Source of the DNA: Octopus sinensis
Lineage: Eukaryota
Direction: 5' to 3'
DNA length: 64,000 nucleotides
Assembly: GCF_006345805.1 (NCBI RefSeq)
Contig: NC_043008.1
Span: 29,698,001-29,762,000 of the forward strand
Shown here piece by piece: positions 54,002 to 64,000 of the stretch (position 1 is its first letter; every line of letters begins with the position of its first letter). The position numbers and the translations under genes were made by a program. Under the pieces are notes generated by a model, which ran no database searches, had not been told where the DNA came from, and saw only the letters and a list, made by a program, of their open reading frames with translations.

Positions 54002-55152
54002 GAGAGAGAGATATGCACATATGCACACACACATTTATATGTATATCTGTAAATATATATATATATATATATATATAAGTATATAAACACGGAATGTTAG
54101 TTATCTTGCTACGCAAGAATAATTAAATATATGTTTGTAAATATATAGTATATAGTTTTTACAATGCAGTAGTCAGGCTTCTCAAGACTTTAGTTTAAGT
54201 TGGTAAATCAGTGACATGATTTCCACTCAATTTCTTTTTTAACAATTTGTATGTCTGCTCTATAGCGATGGGAAGACCGCCTTTCTGAGTCTTACTAATG
54301 AGATTGATATATGACCGGAGGTGTCACTGGAATTGGCAAAGATTAGACTCACTGAACACCGTACGCCCATTTCTAACTTTAATTAGATGTGAATTTCGAG
54401 TTGAGTCCCTTGGAATTTCCTGCCAGAAATTAATCATTACAGCTATATACTAGTTTAAATTGGAATTTAAAGTGGAATTCATATATACGTACACACATGT
54501 ATATAAAAATAAAAAGTAACAACAGTAGAAGGAGACGGAACATGGAATATAAAAGAATGTATTATTGATCACGACAATTGTTTCGGCACATTTAGCATCA
54601 ATTCTTCGTGAGTGAGACACGCAACAACTGGTTCAGGAGCATCCAGCAATGCAGATACATATTGTCGGGTGATAAACAAAAATAATTCGTTAAAATAAAT
54701 GCCCTCGAGCAAGCTATATGGCGCGAGTACACTCGCTTATAAAATCATTTACACAAATGTGAGCATACGCACGCGTGAGGTTTGGTGCACTCATGATCAG
54801 AAATCGAGCTAGCTTTTTTTCTATTTGCTGTTTGTAAGAATGAGGAAGTTACAGGTAAACTTAAGTCATTCATACCTGAAAGTAAATGAAATTATGTCTC
54901 TGCATAATTACAGTAAACCTGATACCCATTAGTAATTTTTCTGAAGAACCGTTACCGTGTTTCAATGCATTGCATCTTCTTTTGCTGTCATTTGTTGTAA
55001 AGAGCGACAAAAATTTGCTCAATCTTTCAATCACCGGCAAATAATCCGCATTTTGCCATATCTCAAGTACTATGGCCTATATATATGATTGTATGTATGT
55101 ATGTATGTATGTATGTATGTATGTATGTACGTACGTAAGTGTGTATGTTTAA

Positions 55153-55244
<92 letters not shown>

Positions 55245-55290
55245 TTCAGAATGAAATAAAAATCTAAGATTTCAGAACATTTATAAATAG

Positions 55291-55338
55291 GTCTTACAGC
55301 TGTTTCTGGGATATTATATATATCCTTTCATCGGAGAC
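55291..55338 (-). ncRNA. Degenerate minimal hammerhead ribozyme (U4C core variant)
   Basis: Minus strand reads gtct-CCGATGA-aa-ggata...tatcc-ca-GAAA-CAGCTG-TA-agac. Confidence 0.5.
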
Positions 55339-58300
55339 GGTGTGAGAAAATGGTGAAGCAATATATATATATATATATTTGTGTTAGTGTGTGTGTGTGT
55401 TTTATGTATGTATACACATACACTACCCAACACATATATATGTCAATGTGTACCTGCATATATACATGCGTTCCACTATTTGTATGTGTGAGTGTGTGCA
55501 TGTGTGTGTGTGTGTGTTAACGCAGGCATATATGCCGATGAGGGTTGCTCCCAATGTGTATTCTCGCCTCTTGAATTAACTTGTAAATGTTTCTTCACTC
55601 CACTAACACATATTAGCCTAATATAAGTAATTCTCAGTTACTATCAGAATGACTGAATGTGTGACAAGCCTATAACTTTGTATTGCAAGCACAGGCTATG
55701 CCACAATTTCGTTCACTATGTCTTTCAAGCAAATTTACCTAACAAATTATGCATTGAGTCAAGACTAACACAAATAATGATTGCAGATGATTCAACAGAG
55801 CGGGGTCGAACACAATATATCATGATTGCGAAATATACCTTTTGCTTGCCCGATAAATGCCTTAGTTCAGAAAAAGAGTCATGGATGCTGGTCTGACTTC
55901 CCTGATGAAACTATAAGTAGCAGCAATAATTTAGATGCTTGCAATCGCTTTCGTTTCCCTCCATATTTTTGAATACAAATTAACTGAAATTGGTACATAA
56001 AAATGTCTTTAAAATGTTTCAAGGTTAACAATATTCAATTTCTAAAATTGATTTTCACTAATTTTATGAAACTAGTTTTATTAATTGTGATATTGTTATG
56101 TCAATAAAATGTGAACGTGTCATTATTTAGGCTACTTTTATTAAACTGTCTCTTACAAATTATATATGTGTAGCCCACATATTAGTATGACAGTGCTGGT
56201 TTATAATATAAGGTGCCCAAACACTTCTTAGAAGATGTATTTGTTCAGTATTTTCTTCGTTGCAACAGGTAAATAGAAATATTTAGATACTTTTTTGTTC
56301 GCGCAATTCATTCGGAGAATAAGACCGTGCCAAAGACCTAAAAGCTCTGAATGAATATATTCTGAATTATTACACCCCACATATTATTACATTTTAGCAA
56401 ATAACTCTTTGAATACTTCGTATATTTTTAAATTTCTAAATTTAATTATTTGAGAGTACACACACACATCTCTTTTACTCGCTCGACAAATGCCTTAGGT
56501 CCGAAAAAGAGCCGTGAATGCTGCCCTGACTCCTCTGATGAAACTAAGTTAATTATTATTATGCATGTACATGCAATGGATTGCAGAAAGAGTAGAGCGA
56601 CGTATTCTTCAACCGTTGGTATTCAACTCACACAAGTTGGTCTGTGCGTAATTTTCTTATCACAAGTGTAACTATCATTGAAACCCATGTATGTATATTT
56701 AGTCAACTTTATCCTTTTCACAATTTTATTAATCATTCTTTCCTAATTTGTATCTGCAGTACATACTCAATAAAACGTCACAGCATTTAAATGTAACTGG
56801 AAACGTATACATTTATCAAGTTAGCTTCTGACGCAAATGGTGTATAACAGCCCTTCATACCGAATTAAGTTTATATTCCTCTAAAATAAAGTTGATGGTT
56901 AATGCAAAATCTCTGATTCGAATATGCATATTTGTGAGACGGTGACTCATATTCCCATATACATTTATACAGAATGATTGTAAATGTAATTTTCTTACAT
57001 TTCTGTATATATTGAACAAATTTTAATTAGCTACTAATGAAATCTTACATTGGTTACAGGATGATATTTCATGGCACAAAATATAAATTGTTGATCAGAC
57101 TCATAGAAACTGCTACCTGTTAGATGCAATCTAACATTCATAGAATGAAATTTCATCTTTAGTCGAATCTGAACATTGAAAACGGAGATCTATAACGTGA
57201 TATTTTGAAATATAATCTATAATAGAAATCTTGTTTTCAGGATCACTAAGAGAATAAAAGTTTGCATAAAAATAAGATTTGTTTATCTCTTTTAAATATA
57301 TAACAATATAAATATGTGTTTCATAAACTGTTATCTCTTTCGAACGTTTAACCATGCAAATGTGACTGTGGAGAAATATGTTGAAGTAAAAAGTTATACT
57401 CGAAATATAATTTATGAATCGTTTGGGTCTTGTCGATATCTCTAAAAATTGTTCCTGAAGTGTCTCTAACATATTTCATAAAATGCTTAGGAAATCTTGA
57501 AGTGAATATCTTTAAATACTTTATTCAATGAATTCTATGATGATAAATTATATACAGAAACCGACTTGCATTTCTGCTGTCATTTAAAATGACGGATATT
57601 ATTTATATCACTTACATTAAAATTTTGAGTGAATTTATCCAACTGAAAATATATATACCCTTGACGCCAGAATGTCTGTGTTTTCCGCTAACTGTGTGCT
57701 ACTACAGGAAATCAGTGCATACAGTATTCAAATACAATATTAAACCTACATATTACTTATTACTAATTGAACGCATTATCCGACTGTGCTTAATGAATTG
57801 ATACTGACAAACCATACTATTAACATTGCCTTTGCCAAGCAATTACGTTTCAACATTTCACATAAAATCTATAGATGAGATATTATATCCTCACTGTTTA
57901 ATATGAATATCGACCACCACATGGAGATCAGGTTACTTCTTAAATTCGTTTTGCATATAGTTCCAAATATTAGAATACAATTTATAAATCGTTGTGTGGG
58001 ACACCTCTTTTCTCGATGGAGCAATGGCAGGGACACTGCTGTGTCAGAGAATGGATGTTGAACCGTTTTAAGCCTTAACATATGCATCCATTTTCTATAT
58101 ATATAAACATACAATTTCTTCCAGATAAACTCGGCGTGAAGAAGGGACAGGGTATTCACGTGAGAGAGTAACAAGACTCTATACGACTACTCGATTGGCA
58201 TTTTACTTATCGAACTAGAAACAATGAAACATAAATTTAACATAAGCTATATTTTAATTCAAATTCTAGAGACCCATTGCGATTACGTCATAGCATTCTA

Positions 58301-58344
58301 TCTGTTGCTTTAACATCTTTGCATGCTGACCTACTTAAGTATGA

Positions 58345-58580
58345 TATATATTTCTTTACTACCCACAAGGGGCTAAACACAGAGGGGACATTCAAGGACA
58401 GACAAACGGATTAAGTCGATTACATCGATCCCAGTGCGTGACTGGTATTTAATTTATCCACCCCGAAAGGATGAAAGGCAAAGTCGACCTCGGCGTAATT
58501 TGAACTCAGAACGTAACAGCAGACGAAATACGGCTACGCATTTCGCCCGACGTGCTAACGTTTCTGCCAGCTCAACGCTT
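58345..58580 (-). mobile_element. tRNA-derived SINE, same subfamily as 10822-11044
   Basis: High similarity by eye to 10822-11044, including the cccacaaggggctaaac tail. Confidence 0.85.
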
Positions 58581-58999
58581 TGACCTAATTAATTATAATA
58601 TAACTGAAGGAAATATAATTTGCGTGGCATTCAATGGATAGTAAAATCCAACATACATACACATAGAAATTGATATTTGTGTGTTCATAAGCATTGACAC
58701 ACAAATAAGCAAGCACATTCACCAAGGAAATACACCGAATCAAAGTACAGTTATAAAATATATGCTAGCAGGTAACATGTATAGATACGTGAATAAATAT
58801 TCATGAGAACTGTATATATTTATCGTCTGTATTTATTTATTGAATCAGCCGTCTTTACTTACTTAATTTCGGTAATATCTATACTTCTCGGACGGTATCT
58901 TAATACAGTTGTAGCTTCCAAATATAAAAACCGTAGAAGTGCAAATATAAAAAATGAAGATGAAGGAAAAAGGAATGCAACGACAGCGTTGAAATAAGA

Positions 59000-59625
59000 A
59001 AAATGGATATTACTTCCTAAGGAAGTAATAAGCAAAATGTGAATAAGAGGGTGCGAATAAGCAAAAATCAACCGGAACTTGATACTGAAAGAATAGTAGC
59101 TGCAATAATTTACAACTGCAAGGAGGACCTGGACATACACAAGGTGGACAGGTAGAATGAAATAAACTGGTGGAGTTATACAGTGGAAGAGCTAATCCAC
59201 ATAACCCTGCGAGATTTGTACAACATCCCGGAGGAGTTGGTGTTCCCCGATGAGACACGACTGAGAGTCGTGGTGGAGGGGATACCTCCAGTGTGTTATG
59301 AATGTAAGAGCAGAGGGCACATGAAGGAGAAGACGATAAACCTGGAGGAAGGAATAGAAGCTTTGACACAGGAGTTAGAAAGAGAGAATGAAGAACTACA
59401 AGCGGAAGAAGAGATCATGACAACAGATGATATGAAAAGTGGCGACGAACTAGAGGAGAAAGAAAAGGAGAGAACAGAAGGAAAAGAGGATAGAAAGCGA
59501 ACAAGAGTGGAATCACCACCCAAAGACCAAAAACAGAAAAAAAAAAAAAAAAATCTGTCGTCGAGACAGAGGATCGAACACACGAAAGGAAACATAAAAC
59601 AACTGAATTGAGTGAAGGTCACACG
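59000..59625 (+). mobile_element. L1/Tx1-like ORF1 (gag-like) fragment
   Basis: LRVVVEGIPPVCYECKSRGHM (CX2CX4H knuckle, last Cys missing), followed by an acidic/basic low-complexity tail. Confidence 0.7.
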
Positions 59626-60016
59626 TTGGAGGAAGCGGAAAAGTGGTCAACATAAGTGGAAGAATGTCTGAAATAAAGGCTGTATTAGTGGAAAAAGAGA
59701 CGGTAAATAAATTAATTAATTTGTTTTCAAATACTGCTGTGTGCATTGCGTACTACGTTCGATATGACAATTTGCCCGGCGTTATAGAACAGGATGAATT
59801 ACTCGTTTACATCACTGACGAACACCCCAGATAGTATAACTGTTATTGTAAATGAAACTGCGAGCTTTGGGGGGCTCGCAGCCCATTTCATTTAATTCAT
59901 TGTTAATATTTCATTCCATATCATCCTGTCTGTATTTTTGCTATATGTACCCTATGTCTTGAATTGTATTGTTATGTCAACTCTTCATTCAGGCCATTGT
60001 GCATATAATATAGATT

Positions 60017-60099
60017 CCAGCGAGCGAGACTGGATACCCTGGACTGATGACGAGCAATGCACTCAGAAACATATGTCTTCAGTTGCTAGTCCTCGCTGG
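60017..60099 (+). ncRNA. Type I hammerhead ribozyme with extended stem I
   Basis: CTGATGA 60044-60050; stem II gag/ctc with a C-A mismatch at the base; GAAA 60066-60069; palindrome CATATG; GUC triplet (cut after 60077). Stem I ctgga/ttcag, with distal helices gactgg/ctagtc and ccagcgag/ctcgctgg. Confidence 0.75.
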
Positions 60100-60395
60100 C
60101 GGGAGTGATTGCTTCCCCTCTGCAAATATAAGGACACAGAAAATGTGTCAAAGCCGACAGGAAACGTCGATGTTTCCTAGGGCTAAATGGCGGTGGTGTA
60201 ATCCCCTTTACGGGAATGTCACGTTATGTTGACATTATACAACCACTATATCGCTCCACCATCGCTCATGTCTCTCTGAGACATTTAGAAATTCAATATT
60301 TCTAATATTTTTTTTGTATTTCACGGTAAGCAAACAGGGTTTCCGAGTATACAAATAAGAATACAAGTGTTAATGAATTAAGTAGCTAAGACCCG

Positions 60396-60479
60396 GACTA
60401 CGTATGTTTCACAGCGAGCTGAACCACGGAAGTGGTAAATATCCTAGCGAGGAATGCATAGCAGGCTACTCATCAGGCC
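60396..60479 (-). ncRNA. Type I hammerhead ribozyme
   Basis: Minus strand reads ggc-CTGATGA-gtagc...gctgt-GAAA-catacg-TA-gtc. Stem II 5 bp with 2 G-U pairs; stem I 3 bp. Confidence 0.65.
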
Positions 60480-60614
60480 AAGTGTACCTTGATCAAATGA
60501 AAGTTTACATTGTTTTGTCAGAAGGCGGTGCATATTGACGCGTGGGAAATTCGATCAGAATACACACTTTCACACACACACACATATACATACATACTTA
60601 CATACATATATATA

Positions 60615-60777
60615 GGTGTAGGAGTGGCTGTGTGACAAGTATCTTGCTTACCAACCACATGTTTCCGGGTTCAGTCCCACTGCTTGGCTCCTTGGGCAAG
60701 TGTCTTCTACTATAGCCTCGGGCCGATTAAAGCCTTGTGGGTGGATTCGGTAGACAGAAAGAAGCTCGTCGTATATA

Positions 60778-60826
<49 letters not shown>

Positions 60827-61049
60827 ATGAGTATATGTTTGTGTGTCTGTAATCCCTCCCCACTAACATCGCTTGACAAACGATGCTGGTGAGTTTACGT
60901 TCCCGTAACATAGCGGCTCGGCAAAAGTGACCAACAGAATAAGTACTAAACTGGCAAAGAATAAGTCCTGGTGTCGATTTGCTCTACTAAAGACGGTGCT
61001 CCAGCATGGGCACAGTCAAATGACTGAAACAAGTAAAAGAGTAAAAGAG
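60615..61049 (+). mobile_element. Full-length tRNA-derived CORE-type SINE
   Basis: Head ggagtggctgtgtg, B-box gggttcagtccc, core ccttgggcaagtgtcttctactatagcctc, internal (TA)n(TG)n, tail gactgaaacaagtaaaagag. Confidence 0.85.
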
Positions 61050-61069
61050 TATATATGTGTGTGTATATA

Positions 61070-61105
<36 letters not shown>

Positions 61106-61624
61106 TATATGTATGCATATATGTATATATATATATAAGAATAAATGTTTTATATATAAAGAACGTGAAATACAGGAAGGGACAAACACGGAACACAGAC
61201 AAATCATTCGAAGTCTTCAATCTTCAGTCAGACACCGAATCATCATAGCAAATTTCGGCTGTTCAATTCTGATATTTGCTCCAACTCGGCCAGCCCCAAG
61301 AAAAAAAAATAAGCTCTAAGCATTAGATTTCTTGGTAGAAGACAAGAATGTAAACGCACGAGACGGATGTAAATACGAGAGAGGAAAACGAAATTGAAAA
61401 CGCTAACGGTTAAACAAAATATAATATAACGGTGGTTGTCATGCGACTTTAGACCAAATGAGACAAAACAACAAACATAGCAGCAGGCGTAGAAATAATT
61501 ACCTTTTCGGTAGATGGGACAAATACAGATGTTGGCGAGATACGATCGCCAACGAAATGGTGGAGAAGCAGCATGTTGCAGGGGAGAGAGAAAGAGTGAC
61601 AGAGAGAGAGGGAATCAAAGATAT

Positions 61625-61720
<96 letters not shown>

Positions 61721-62079
61721 TATATATATAAATATATATATATACATATATATATATAAGCTGAACCTCGAAAGAAATGCGTTTTTTTCAAATATTATTT
61801 TTATATGGTAAATTGTGAAAATTTGTTTCGGGTTTGTAAGTGTAAATATTCCAAAACATGCCGGTTTATGGCTGAAACCTAAATTCCAGGTAACATTTTC
61901 AATTTTACTTGAAACGAGCCGCCAAATTGCAGCTGCGTTGAATACCATGGGTGGCAGTCGCAAACAGCTGTCTTGAAAACCGAAATGCACGTGCATCTCG
62001 TGGAGGTTATGGGTATATAATTCTACTTGAACTGCATTCCTGGTATTCGTAATTTGGACGCATTAGGTATGAACAGATT

Positions 62080-62990
62080 TTCAGCAGCGCAGAGAAATCA
62101 AGATATCGGCTGATTGCAAGCAGACAGCACCATCTATCGTCTGCAACAGCGATGCAACACTAGCAGCACTGCAGATTGTGCCTCCGGAGGGAACCCCTGG
62201 GTGACTTCGCCCAGACAGAACACCGTGATCACCTGCAAGAACACCGTGATCGCTTCAGACCGGCCATAGTGACAGCTCGGGAGACCATTAGCACTGGACA
62301 GCTACATATCATCATTGACACGGTACGACGTAGACTGGCCGCCGACAACCTGCGTTGCCGACCTCCTGCTCGAGGGCCTGTCCTCACCCACAGGCACGAC
62401 TACAGTGGGATACACAGCACCGACGTTAGCGGCATCCAGAATGGAGGTTGATAGTCTTCTCTGACGAGAGCCGATACTGCGTTTCCAGCTCGGATGGCAG
62501 AGTGAGAAAGTGGTGTAGGAGTAGTATTCGCTACAGAGACGCCTGTCTGATGGAGGGAGACGCGTGGGGTGGCCAAACTATCATAGTTTGGCGTGCTATA
62601 GGCCTGAATCAGAGAATTGATCCCCATGTGTTCCAAAATGATGGTAGAGGCAGAGGGAATGACATCACAGCGCAGCGCTGCGCTGACCAGATCCTAAGAC
62701 CTCACATCGTGCCTTTCCTCTCGAGTCACCACAGCCACGTGTTTCCAGCAGTACTATGCTCCCTCCCACACCTGTGGAACTGGATGCAACATTCCTCAGG
62801 GTGTGGGCACAGGTGCCAATGGGCTTTGTGAAACGCCTCATGTACTCCATGTACTGACGGTGTATGGGCCTTTGAACACCCAGAGTATTGAACATGTTAC
62901 GCCCTACAATCTCGATGTGCTGGATCCCACCACTACCAGAACACATGAAAACGACACATAGACTGTGGTCAAAGTGCGTCCCAGTAATCA
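62080..62990 (+). mobile_element. Decayed Tc1-family transposase
   Basis: RRRLAADNLRCRPPARGPVLT, VFSDESRY, WGGQTIIVW, ILRPHIVPF, FQQYYA..H (from QQDNA.PH), IEHV; frameshifted, TIRs not identified. Confidence 0.85.
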
Positions 62991-63109
62991 ACTATGTTAC
63001 AACTATGATGTTGTTGGTAAAACATGTTCTTTGTCTATCTCCTTATCCTCTTGGAAATTTTAGGTATAATTATACTAATGTGTCCTTCTAATTTAATTAA
63101 ATTCTATGT

Positions 63110-63315
63110 CTTTGTGCAGCTGAAGATAGCTCAACATTTTAAATTGCTGTAATGAAATGATTGCATTGTTCAATTAAATGTAGTCGCATGAAACGATCGT
63201 ACTGCAGTACCTCTGGATTTGCTTGTTCCTTATTTTGATTTTAATCACTATATTTTGAAATTGTATGGATAATACCGTACTTAATTCTGTGCCTCAACTT
63301 ACCATATTCATTTGA
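63110..63315 (+). repeat. Copy of the HHR-bearing 'aatcaaaataagcaacaag' repeat family
   Basis: Reverse complement matches 22788-22975 and 47820-47950. Confidence 0.75.
63115..63206 (+). ncRNA. Type I hammerhead ribozyme, degenerate stem II; same repeat family as the 47.9-kb foldback
   Basis: tgcag-CTGAAGA (63120-63126)...GAAA (63190-63193)-CGATCG-TA-ctgca; 5-bp stem I. Confidence 0.6.
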
Positions 63316-63424
<109 letters not shown>

Positions 63425-64000
63425 AGTATACACACACGTATATGTTTCTGTACATGAATGTGTGTGATTTTGTGTGCATGTGTGTTTGTATGTGTGCCTG
63501 TATGTGTGTATGTGTATTATATTGAAGCAGTGTAGCTGAGGATGCTGATGAAACTGACAATAGATTGTGTGCAACAACTGTTTTTCTATTCTGTATATGT
63601 ACGTATGTTTGTTCCAGGTAACTTCGTTGAATGCAAAATTATAACTCTTAATTATAACAGAAAAGTCGTGTCAATCGAAACATCGCTTTAATGACTTCCT
63701 ATAAAAAAAGAAAAGAAAACACCTTCATCCATCTATAATACCGTTCACGCTTGCATTATTCTTTCTACGATAGACAATAAAACAAATAATGTTTTTAATG
63801 CGATTTTTCCAGACGCATCAAAGTATTGATTATCATAATTCATTCATAGTTATTTTGTGCTCCTAACTACATGACTCTTTACAAAAACAAAAAAACAAAA
63901 AAACCTTCAGGTGCATTAATATATTAAAGTCAGCTACAACAAAGAGAGAGAGAGCAAAAGAAAGCAGAGATATAGCTTATTAGTAGAGAGAATTATTTTA

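Noticed and set aside
57131-57472. 113-aa minus-strand ORF
   Set aside because: No recognisable motif and AT-rich codon composition; cannot be told from a chance ORF without expression data.

Overview
AT-rich, microsatellite-saturated eukaryotic DNA. The SINE families point to a coleoid cephalopod, probably Octopus (inference, not a database result). No host protein-coding gene can be supported with confidence; most short ORFs in the track are microsatellite artefacts. The main feature is a young, structurally complete Penelope-like retroelement (PLE) at 32493-37162, inserted in a (TA)n tract. Its RT + GIY-YIG ORF (33588-36271) rejoins into about 895 codons after four single-base insertions in short base runs, with one in-frame TAA. 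It has direct and inverted pseudo-LTRs, each carrying a type I hammerhead ribozyme (HHR). Reading both strands shows at least seven more HHR motifs from several unrelated repeat families. These include a foldback element with an HHR on each arm (47902-48419), an HHR with an extended stem I (60017-60099), and a tRNA-headed, inverted-ended repeat with an HHR remnant nested in a Gypsy fossil. The rest is decayed PLE, Tx1/L1-like, R4/Dong-like (RLE), Gypsy and Tc1 fragments, a MITE, and three kinds of tRNA-derived SINE.
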